A DNA stretch of 64,000 bases from Psilocybe cubensis. Its lineage: Eukaryota. Positions 1 through 11,090 of this stretch are shown here, piece by piece (positions within the stretch are counted from its first letter, which is position 1; each line of letters opens with the position of its first letter). The stretch covers positions 2,666,001 through 2,730,000 of the forward strand of contig CM039004.1 in the NCBI GenBank assembly GCA_017499595.2, in the 5' to 3' direction. Both the position numbers and the translations under genes were made by a program. A model generated the notes under the pieces. The model saw only the letters and a program-made list of their open reading frames with translations, did not search any database and was not told the DNA's origin.

Positions 1-911
1 TGTCGCATGAGAGCGGACTTGGCTTTGGGCTCAGTACGCCCGGCGGACAAGGAGGATTTGGAGTGACAGAGGAGGAGAGCGGGGCCTGGGAGAGTCCTGA
101 GATTCGCGCGAGTATGGAGCGGGCGCGTGCGAGGGTGTTGGCTGCGCGCCGGGGTGGGGGTGGTGTATAGGTGTGAGGGATATGTGTAGGATAGAAGGAA
201 GAAAGGATCGGCGGCAGCGTCCACCACACCACAACATTCTACGCCGCGCTCAGAGTTCAAAGCGCGGTCAAAGTCATAGGCATCACCACCCGGTCTCCCC
301 TCTCGCCATGACTGGCAATGCTACACATTGGTCTTTGGTTTTGCGTAGATGCACTTGGGTATTGCTGGATGATAGAGTGCGACATGCACGCATTTGTATG
401 TGTATATCCTACCAATGATCACACCACGCGCTTTCAGAGGCAGAGGTGTGGAAATGTAGGAGCAGGGTAGGAAGAAGAGTATGAGGTGCGGTTACAGATA
501 GAGAAAGGAAAACTTAAAGAAGCGCAATGTTATGTTATGTTTTGTAATCTGCTGTGTGTAAATTAATATTCTTTATTGCTCGAAAAGTCATTTTGAGTAA
601 GATGAAAATAGTTGAAATCTGTGCTTCATTGGATTCTACAAGCTAACATCATACCCTATGCGTTTGGAGAGTCAAATTACAATATTTACGCCGTAGATTG
701 TTTACAAGGATTCACGTCGGCTGTTTTCAGGATCGGGTGCAGTATAGTTTTTGTGGATTTTGGAGGTCAAAGCGAGTGGTTTCCAGGGTCCTGCAGTGAC
801 TAGGGTATTTAAGGCGGTGCTGCTTTGTTCAACCGATGCCGCCGTTTATCCATCGTAAGTATATGGCATTTCTTCTAGGATGCGCTTTACTGATTCAGAC
901 CTCCTACAGAA

Positions 912-2471
912 ATGGCGTGGAATCAACTCGCAGCCGAACTATGGACAATGATTGCAGACGAGTGCGACGAAGACGGAGTCCGTGCACTATGCTCGCCCGA
1001 AATGCCACCGCACATCCGGGACAGCGCTCGCCCAGTTCAGTTCAGAAATCTGAACTTCGCGGCATACAACGTGCTAGACAAACTTGATTTTAACATCGAT
1101 CGATATCAATTTGCAAGATCTCTGGCCATAACTCAAATATTGAGCAATCGAAGGTTTACAGAACTCCCGAAAAGCCCACTTGTACGCCACGTCCGCTCCT
1201 GGAGGTATACAGGATATTTGGTTCATTCACCTCATCCTGGTATATCCAAACGGGAAAAGTTGATCGATTTAACAATGCAATTTCACGTTGACAAGGTGTG
1301 GCCACTGTTCCTAGCAAATCTTCACCTCTACGTTGGATTGACTAGACTTGCATTGCAAAATGTTGTCATTGACGATGTGGCCGTAACGTCTTTCAATGCG
1401 TTGGACAACCTGCAATCTCTTGAAATCACCCACTCTATTATCTCCTGCACAACAATTTTGCGTCCCTTTGACCGTTTAACACATTATACGCAACAAGAGG
1501 CCCGCGGCACCTTCCATGTTGAGTTTATGATGCCAGTGTGCTCTACTCTGACCTATTTGAATGTTGTCATCGGCACAGGTGACTACCGCAAACTGTATTC
1601 CGCTCTGGAGCAGTGCCATGTCCTAGATGCACTTTCAATTTATCTGATCAAAGAACAAGGGAAAGCGTTTGAATGTCCACCACCAGGGGTGGATCTTTCT
1701 ATCACAGCTTGTCCTAATTTATCCGAGTACATTGGACCTGCTTACTATTATGCTGCAGATATCATTCCAGGTCGGCCTTTACACACGATCAAGCTGAACC
1801 GATTACCGTGTAATGCAGAACTTGTCCATCCGGGATGCGTTGAATGGATCAAGGTGCTCTTTACCAGTGGAACGGTGCCCGTGGAACACTTTGACGTTGC
1901 TCAATGGCCGGCGTCTGCACTGTGTGCTGAAGAAACGTTCCCAACGTTGTTTCATAAATTTCCGCATCTAATATCATTGCGAATTGTCATCGAGCCGTTT
2001 GAAGGGACTGGCAACATCGACTTTGGTGACCAATTAGAGGCAGAGAGATGGAACACATATAATTACCTTGTAAGCATATGTTTTTCAGAGTGATTCTTGG
2101 CAAGGTGCATCTCGTTAATATCGTATCAGAACATCCTCCACACTCTCAGTGGACCACTTCCATACAAGATACCACCGACCTTGCGGACCTTGGAACTAGT
2201 CACTGAAGACGAATATGAAAGGCATCCAACTCACACTTTTGACAAGGTCGTAGCGGCACTCAGACACTCTGCAAATTTTACAAATCTGCGAACATTGATT
2301 GTTGGGACTTTGTATTGCTTCCAGAGGTGGACAAGATTGGAATCTGGAATCTGGGACGTCATACATGAAGGAGAATGCTTTAACCTTGACGGAGCGGAGA
2401 GGGAGCACTACAGCGAGTTTGACGACAGCTCGGATAATCATGGAAATGTGACGGAGGAGGAAGATACGTAG
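912..2471 (+). CDS. F-box-like/LRR-type protein, paralogue 1 (2 exons, intron 2070-2129)
   Basis: The N-terminus WNQLAAELWTMIADECDEDGVRAL resembles an F-box, followed by LxxLxL repeats and an acidic tail. A phase-0 GTAAGC..TATCAG intron joins ORFs 912-2093 and 2097-2471 in frame. Two close paralogues lie downstream. Confidence 0.75.
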
Positions 2472-3236
2472 CTACTTCTCAGCTAGTTTGCCATCTGAGC
2501 TGTAATCGGAACCATTGAATATGTCAGATTGAGCGTTCTAACAATAACTTGTATTCCGAGTCAAGAGATTGCGACGAGTTGTAGTTTCGCCTTCAATGGA
2601 TATTGTGGGTGCGAGCAGAATGCACAACATGTACTGATTACATTTTTGGCTGTCTAGAGTCCCGAGGAGAACCAAGCGAAGAATTCCAAGGAATTCAGCA
2701 CCTCAGATGAGAAGACAGTTCAAACTGAAGGGCAGAAGCAAGACAAAAGCAAGGTAGTTTTTGACAACCAAGATTATCGGGAACTGGGTGCACTTTGACT
2801 AGTTAAAGGTGCAGCTTCGAGTTTCAAAGTTAAGCCTACCGGTATTATGCCAAACGACGTGATTCAGACCCGCGGCCACCCGACCTTACTCGCCTTTGTT
2901 CTTGTCACACGACTTTGTTTTAATTTTACACGTCAGTTCGTTGACTTGTGTGTAGCGTTTTTGTCTACGTGACGCCATGGGTACCAAGTGGTACCAGTTA
3001 GCCTATTGTCTGGAAGACCTTTAGCGCATGATATCTCGGTAGTAATCATCATGTCTTTTGTCCGGTTGTTTACAATGACATTGGTCTGCAGATCTGCTCC
3101 ATGGTAACGCCTTTGTCAATGCAAGTCTATTTAACGTGCACTATGCTATGTTCAACCAGCATCGCTGAGTGCAAGTCATCCATTTCATCGTGGGTCTATT
3201 TCACTTTTGGATACATTGTACTAACCTCCTGCACAA

Positions 3237-4818
3237 ATGGGATGGGATCAACTTGCGGCCGAACTATGGACGAAGATTGCGGGCGACTGCGACAAGGATG
3301 GAGTCCGCGCCCTTTGCTCTCCAGAAATGCCACAGCACATCCGGGACAGTGCTCGCCCTGTTCAATTCCGAGATCTGAAATTTAGAGCATACAACATATG
3401 GGACGATTTGGATTTAAGCAATGTCGATTCGAATCAATATCCAAGTTCCCTAATCGAAATGCAGGAACGATCTCGACAAAGGTTTACTGAGCTCCCGCTG
3501 AGCCCAATGGTACGCCATGTCCGTCATTGGCAGTATATAGGGCATTTGCCACCCGAGCAGCCTATGAATCCTGACGTGGACAGCGAGCCTGAGTCGGTCC
3601 AGGAGAACATGAAGAAAACGTTTCTGCGAACGTATGCTGATGCGATGTGGCCACTGTTCAGAGCGTCACTTCCCCGCTACGTCGGATTGACCGAACTTGA
3701 ATTGACAAACGTAGTCATTAACGATGCGACTGTTACGTCTGTGAACACTTTGGGCAACCTGCGAACTCTGAAAATCATCAACTGCATCGTCCCCCGGTTA
3801 ACGGTTTTCTTGCGTCCCTTCGACCATTTAACGGAATATATACAACAAGAAGAGCATACCACCTTCCGCGTTGAGCTTATGATGGCGGTGTGCTCCACCC
3901 TGACCAGTTTGACTATTGGTGCAGGTAAATATCACTGGCGCGAGCTGTACTCTGCTCTGGAGCAATGCCAGGTGCTGCAGGAACTCGTCATCGAATTCTT
4001 CGAAGTCGAGGAGGTAGCCTTTGAAAGGCCGCCGCCAGAAGCACATCTTGCGATCACAGCCTGCCCTCGTTTAAACGACTACACCGGACCCGCCTACTAC
4101 GCTGCAGATATCATTACAGGTCGGCCTGTGCACACAATCAGACTCATACAATTACCCGATGGCGCAGAAGAAGATCCCGAATGCATTGAGTGGATCAGGG
4201 AGCATTTTACAAAGGGAACAGTACCTGTGCTAGTTTTTGATGGTTCGCGATGGCCGGCATATGCGTGTGCTGAAGAGGCATTTCCGACGATATTTCACGA
4301 ATTTCCGGATCTATCGTCGTTGCGGATTGTCATTGAAGCGTTTGTGTTAACGGATGAAGTCAATCTTCGTGACGAAGACGAGAGAGAGAGATACAAGAGG
4401 TGGCATTACCTGGTAAGCCGCGTTAGTTTGGACCACGATGCATTCATTAATGACATCGAATCAGAATATCCTCCATATTCTCAGTGGACCTCTCCCATAC
4501 GAGATACCGCCGACCTTGGAGACCTTGGAGCTAGTCACTGATGTGAATTATAACGAGCACCCAACTCATAATTTTGACGAAGTCGTAGCGGCACTCAGAA
4601 ACTCTGCAAATTTTGCAAATCTGCAAACATTAGTCGTTGGTACTAATGATTGCTTCCAGACGTGGACGAGATTGGAACCTGGAGTCTGGAACGTCGTACA
4701 GGAAGGAGATGGCTTTGACTTTGATGGAGAAGGTAGGGAATACTACAGCGACTCTGAAGACACATCAGATGATCAGGGAAATATAACGGAGGAGGAAGAA
4801 GCGTCTATAGATACTTGA
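3237..4818 (+). CDS. F-box-like/LRR-type protein, paralogue 2 (intron 4413-4464)
   Basis: Shares QLAAELWTKIA, DGVRALCSPEMP and YTGPAYYAADIITGRP with paralogue 1. The intron GTAAGC..ATCAG is at the same position, after WHYL. Confidence 0.75.
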
Positions 4819-5439
4819 CCACTTCCGCGAGTGATGAATCAGAGACTGCAGATTAGCTGAACATGATAGCCAAAGGAGCACCTGGAACATTAAACGTACC
4901 TAAATGTTTGTAGTTTTACGTGTAATCAGAACATTGAAGATATTATCAGTAACACCGGAAAATAAAATGGCCCACTTGAGTATGTCAGGCTGAGGGTGCT
5001 AACCAATGGCCGTCTCAACAACCTTTATTCCGAGTCCAGAAACGAGTTGTAGTCAGTGTTCGAGTCAGCGGAAGCTTCGCCTTGGACGGGCATCGTGGGT
5101 GCGAGTGTGTACAAAGTGTGCTGGATACATAGCCTTTCAATACCTGGAACCCTGGACAGCATCAAGGAAGGGGAATCCAAACGATGGAATTCGGTACATT
5201 AGAGGTCGAAATCAAGAGCAAGTGGCAAGGCGAAAAAAACATGGTGTGCTGTGACATGTTGTGGGCGGATTACATCAGCGCCGTCACGGCCCAGATTATT
5301 AAATCCTCGTCACGCCCTCCTCATCGTTTGTATCGCATTTGACTCTCAACCACCACAATCCTCGATTTTTCCATACTTCCACCACATATACTCACACTCA
5401 AGCATTCCCGCTCTTAATTTCAAACATCGTTTCACAAAG

Positions 5440-8030
5440 TTCCATTTTAGTATCCCGCCCAAGCTAAGTACTTTTACAGGTTGTCTCTAAACCTTACCCG
5501 CCTGAGAGGGTGGGACTCATATCTATTGCCCCTGGCTGGTTACCTTCGCCCTCGTACCCCAACCAAGCTGACTACATGCACAGGTCCTTTCACAGTCGTA
5601 TGAAATCATTTAAAGTCATGTTGACTGGAGGAATTCATAACCCACATGACGCCCCAACTGCTACCTGGTTCCTTTGTTTTTCTGTTTCTTGGCAAGGACT
5701 CTCTGGTGCGCATATATGCGCTGATTCTGGATCTTTTTCGACGTATTGCTCTACGAGTAGGACTGTTTCCATTTGGCTTGACCCAACCCGTTGCACCTTG
5801 CCTATTTTCGGATGCATGGTGAAGAAGATACACGGCTTTGTTTGTGCATATACGCACATATTCTCGCTGCATTGAGGTGTATTTGGCATTTCACTTTCTA
5901 TGCCTGGTTCTTGGTTTTTCATGTTTTCCATTTAAAAGTCTGCGGTTCATAAGAAGCGGGCTATAGCTCTAAACTGCTCTGCATCCCTCGTATATGCGCG
6001 TTTCTGGGAGCTGTTGCTGCTGTCCTTGCGATTTTCCTTATCTTCTGACTTGTATCTTGGGTCTACGTTTTGATGCACTTCCTTCTGAGCTGCGCATACA
6101 TTCTCAGTTATCACTCCTTCCATCATTGACAGTTGGACGATGAGCTTTCATCCCTCCCCAGAGTCTTGATGGTAAACTACTTTCACAGCTCTTCTTTGAC
6201 CTGGCTTGACCGATAACTCATGTTGACATCGACGAACTGTGTGCATAGGAAGCATCAAGTTTCTGGGGAAGGTTTTTGATTTCGTCTCTCGCGTTCCGGG
6301 GGCTACTCGTGGTGACATTTGTCTCAACCCAACCAGCTGAATTTCACTATTCTCGAATGTTTGGAAAGTATATGCTGCTCTGCTTGCGCATATACAAGCA
6401 CGTTTTCGCTGGTTTTCGGGTTCTTTATCTGGCTTTTATGTTTTCCTGATTTTGTTCCTGACATTTGTGGGTTCTCTGCGACTTTCCAGCGCTCTCCGAC
6501 GTGCACATACATGCACTGATCCTTCTATTGGTGCAACTTTCACGCTTCCTCCTCGTGTATCTTTTATTCTCGGCTTGTTCTTCGTCGATTTCAGACACCG
6601 CGCACATATTCTATACATTGCCGCCTTATTCTATACGCTGTGTCTGCAGGCTCACTTGGAACTGATGGCAGTCAAATGTCTTCTCTCTGTACTCTTCCAC
6701 AGCGTCTTGATATTACACTACCTTCACAGTTCCGCGTCTCGGATTGACTGGTGATAAATCATGCTCAAATCGACGGATTGTGTGCATAGGAAGCATCAAG
6801 TCGCTGGGGAAGAATTCAGGGATGTTGCATTTGGATTGACTTTCTGCTCCCAATATTTGATTGTTCTCTTTCAACTTGCCAATTGGCCATTTACTGTTTG
6901 CAGAGTTTGCATCTCAATAAATGCCCATTGTGTCCCCGCCATTGTGGTGGGGTCATTTCAAACCACTGGATCAGGCCTAATTGAAAATAGCTACAGCCAT
7001 ACGTGGTCATAACAAAGGTATGCCGTGTAGACTTTGCTTTATCTCTAATTAACAATGTTATTACCTTTTCTTTACTCACAGCAATCGTGCTCCTCCTTTA
7101 TATCACAGCATCTTGCGTGGCCCCAGATTTTCACTGTTGCTATTAGTAATGCCTTTGTGTTTTTTGAATGCTCTCTCACTTCGCATCACTATGAATAAAC
7201 CCGACGCGTACGTTCAGTTCGTTCCTCGTCGTAATGAAACACTCAGAAAAGGCTTGATCACTTTTGATGTTTTAGTGCTGTTACACGTGGCTCTGTGTAA
7301 ATGTGGCGTAGGTTTGACTGACAGGTGCATATGGCGTATCAAGTGCACAAATATTATCTTGGTTAGACACCAAATTTACGTGAAATTTCGTGTGGACTTG
7401 ATGTTCCGGTGGACCTAGACGAATGCGAATTTTCCTCTCCCGGAAGCTCCTTTATCTCGCTAGAGGACTCGACGACCACCTCCAGTGTAAGCCGGACGAG
7501 TTTTTGAGTACCTCTTTCAATTTGTAATCATGTATACCACGAACCTGACTCGTATCAAAGTTCACTTTTCGCCATATCAAGCAAGTGGTTCCTACCGCAG
7601 ACGTATAACCAGTCGTTATTCAGCTGGTGGTAACCCAATCTCTCCAGTATGTGCAGGAAGGGAAGTTCTGCAGAACCTTTCGGAGCTTGGATTCATTAAC
7701 GTTGAATTGAGCTCTACACCGGCCAGCCAGCTTCAATTTGACTGTTCTGGTTTTGGAAGTTTCGGGGGGTTCTCGCCTGGCATTTGTGCATCCCACGTAT
7801 ATGCGTGTTTCTAGGACCGGTTGCTACTGTCCTTGTGACTTGCCTTTTGTGTTCTGATAATACCTGTGGCTTGGGGCTATGTGTAGATGCTCTGCACTCT
7901 GAGCTGCGGATATACTCAGATTATTACTCCCTCCCTCCGAATTGGCAGTCGAACAATAAGCCTTCGTCATCCTCAGTGTCTTGATGGTAAACTACCTTCC
8001 AAGTTCTGCTTTGACTTGACTTGATTGATG
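5440..8030. repeat. Degenerate non-coding repeat region with ~540-bp units
   Basis: tgtgtgcataggaagcatcaagt..ctggggaag occurs at ~6238 and ~6779. ttgatggtaaactac occurs at ~6166 and ~7981, with a variant at ~6707. gcatat(a/g)(c/t)gc motifs recur. Related sequence is present at ~10540-10598 and 16111-16600. Confidence 0.55.
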
Positions 8031-8476
8031 GTATGCATGTTATTATTTTGGGACAAAGAGAAGAGATACTCTTCCCTAGAAGCAGAGGTCATAGTTTCAT
8101 TGTCTCAGGAAATCTCACAAATTCTCCTCACAAATTCTCACGTTGTTTGCTTACCCGTTCGATTGTTCCTCACTTGTATGTCCTAGTTCTTCTTTACTAT
8201 CAGTCACTGATCTCTAATTTTGAATCAGTCAACTATATATAATTGTGTATTGTCTTTTCCGACTAATTAAAGCTGGGTTGCCAACTATGCTGCCTTGTTA
8301 TATATGTAAGTGATTCGCTTTCAATGACATTGTTCTCCAATTCTGTTAGGGTGACACTTTTGTCTTTTTATATTGGTCAACATGGTATTTAACGAGGCGA
8401 TGTGCGGAGTGCAAGTCATCCGTCCCACTCTGGGTCTGATTTACTGCCATAACATCCTTTATCGACTTCTATATAA

Positions 8477-9986
8477 ATGGCGTGGAATCAACTTGCGGCC
8501 GAACTATGGACCAAGATTGCGGACAATTGTGATAGAGATGGAGTCCGTGCCCTTTGCGCCCCTGAAATTCCCGCGCACATTCGGGACAGTGCTCGTGTCG
8601 TATATTTCAGGCATCTGAGCTTCGGGACATACAACCTTACAGCTGATATTGGCCTTAGCAATGCCAATGAGGATCAATACCGAAGCTCCCTGATTGCATT
8701 GAAGCAAGAACGCTCACGTCAAAGGTTTACCGAGCTTCCGTTGACGCCTTTTGTACGCCACGTTCGTTCTTGGACCTATCATTCAATTTTACCTGGACTT
8801 CGTGCTACTGACGCAGTGGGAATGTACAATGGCACATTGTGGCCGCTGTTCATAGTAAATCTTCCCCGTTATATTGGATTGACAAGACTTGACTTGGAAA
8901 GAGTTGTCATCGACGATGCGGCTGTTGCATCTGTGAATGCGTTGGGGAATCTCAAAGATTTGAAGCTCAACTACGTCCTTGTTACCAGTAGAACCAATGT
9001 GTTGCATGCCCACAACTATTTAACTCGTCTGTTCTACGAGGACGACAGCTACAGTTTCTACCCCAGTTTATTCCTAGGAGTGTGCTCTACCCTTACCATT
9101 TTGGAGCTTGCGGTCACTAAAGATGAGTACCGCAAGCTGTACTCTACTCTGGAACAGTGTCATGTCCTGGAGATACTTTCCATTGACCTGTTGGAGACAG
9201 AAGAGGAACCCTTTGAAAGGCCGCCACTAGAAGAACCTCTTTCCCTCACAGCTTGTCCTGACTTGTCCCAGTACACCGGACCCGCTTACTACGCTGCAGA
9301 CATCATTACAGGTCGACCAGTTCATTCGATCAAGCTTACACAGACACCTGAACACGCAGAACAACATCCCGGATGTATTGACTGGATTAGGGAACATTTT
9401 ACAAAAGGGACGGTGCCTGTGAGAAGCTTCGATATTCCTCGTTGGGATGCGTCTGCATGTGAAGAGACATTTCCGACGCTGTTTATGGAGTTTAAGAATC
9501 TAGAGTCGTTGCGGATTGTTATTGATCCAATCCTTTTGGCTGACGCAGGCAATCATGATGATGAACCAGGGAGATCCGGAAGATACAACGCCTGGCATTA
9601 CCTCGTAAGCGAATTTTTCTCAACAAAGGGTATTTTAATTAACGCCATACCAGAATATCCTCCATCTTCTCAGTGGTCCTCTCCCGTATGAGATTCCATC
9701 GACCTTGCGAGTTTTGGAGCTAGTCACGGAAACTAAATACGAAAGGCACCCGACTCACACTTTCGACCAAGTCGTAACGGCGCTTAGAAACTCTCCCCAA
9801 TTCGCCAATCTGCGAAAGTTAACTGTTGGGACTGAGCAGTGCTTTCAGACGTGGCAGAGATCGGATGCTGGAATATGGGATATGACACAGCGTAAAGTCT
9901 ACGAATTTGACTTTGATGGAGAAGAACTGAGAGAAAGCGATTTTGAGGACGACGTGTACGACGAAGGAAGTGAAATGTATGAATGA
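8477..9986 (+). CDS. F-box-like/LRR-type protein, paralogue 3 (intron 9605-9653)
   Basis: Same motifs and same intron position (GTAAGC..ACCAG). Exon 2 continues NILHLLSGPLPYEIP into ORF 9705-9986. Confidence 0.75.
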
Positions 9987-10598
9987 GGTGGATGAGTGAG
10001 TGAGGCCGCGAGTTGGCGGAAGAGGTCAATACCTGTAACAACAATTAAACGTGATTACCCTGGACTGATTACTTATGCCCTTGTTTACTTCCGTCAGTAT
10101 ATGTTGGCGATTCTGTTCGTTTTTGGACTTAAGGGTACCAGTGTTGATTCTGGCCGCCGCTATATCGCTGGAACTCCTGAAATGACAAAAGACTGTGTGC
10201 ATTGCCTGTATATTTCCCAAAATTTGAAAAGTACTGGGCCAGTGGTAGCTTGGCGGCTGAGATGAAAAGAAGTAAATGGTTGAGAACATCGGAAGGATGA
10301 AAATCGAAAATTGTGTGTCGGTGACAGATAACATCAGCCGTCACGTTCCATAGTCACGCACTCATCGAGGTTTATGTCGCGGTTTGGTCGCGGTTGAACG
10401 TTGACTCTTAACCACCACCGTCTTCCTTTTCCCTTGACTTTTCAAACCAGCAGCACGCTAATTAATGTTTTCCATGTCCTCGCTACTGTTCCAAATTATT
10501 CTGATGCGCCCATTTCTAAAAAACTCATAGGCGCCGAGGCTGGTTAGTTTCGCCTTCCTCCCCGCCCAAGCTAATTATCGTTTACAGGACATCTCTAC

Positions 10599-11015
10599 TG
10601 TGAGATATTCAATACGCAAACGCATCGAGCACTCGGCGCGCGTACGATAGCCCTGCCCAGGGCATCCACAAACCGCCACAAGTATGTACATCTTATTATC
10701 TGTATTATACCTTTTGTTCTGTACATTCTCGGGCGCTTTCGCCACTATTCCATTTCGGTTTCTCAGTTATTCCACTGTATATACTCCGTGTTTCATAGTT
10801 GTTACTATCTATGTACATTAGCTACACGCGCATATAAATGCGCGTGCTTCGTTCTCTCGAACCTCAGTCGTTCTGTTCGAACACGACTGAGGTGAGATTC
10901 TATTATTTGTTTCTTATTTACTTCTCACTTACTTTGTACAAAGCTCGTATTAGGTATTTACTCAATATCAGTCGTTCTGTTCGAACACGACTGAGCTCGT
11001 ATTAGTTTTCTTACA
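10599..11015 (+). repeat. Copia 5' LTR
   Basis: tgtgagatattc...ttttcttaca, repeated at 15694-16110. TATAAA at 10833-10838. Confidence 0.97.
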
Positions 11016-11027
11016 GGTTATGGGCCC
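11016..11027 (+). promoter_or_regulatory. Primer-binding site of the copia/Ty5 type (internal initiator tRNA-Met fragment)
   Basis: GGTTATGGGCCC follows the LTR directly, has no TGG start, and matches the Drosophila copia-type PBS. Confidence 0.8.
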
Positions 11028-11090
11028 CGGCCCCATTGCTTAAACTCAAATTAAAGCCTTACCTCGTGAATTTCTGTACCTACTGTCAAC

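Noticed and set aside
1-420. ORFs at the window start
   Set aside because: Low-complexity, promoter/UTR-like sequence; a gene may begin off-window but cannot be supported.
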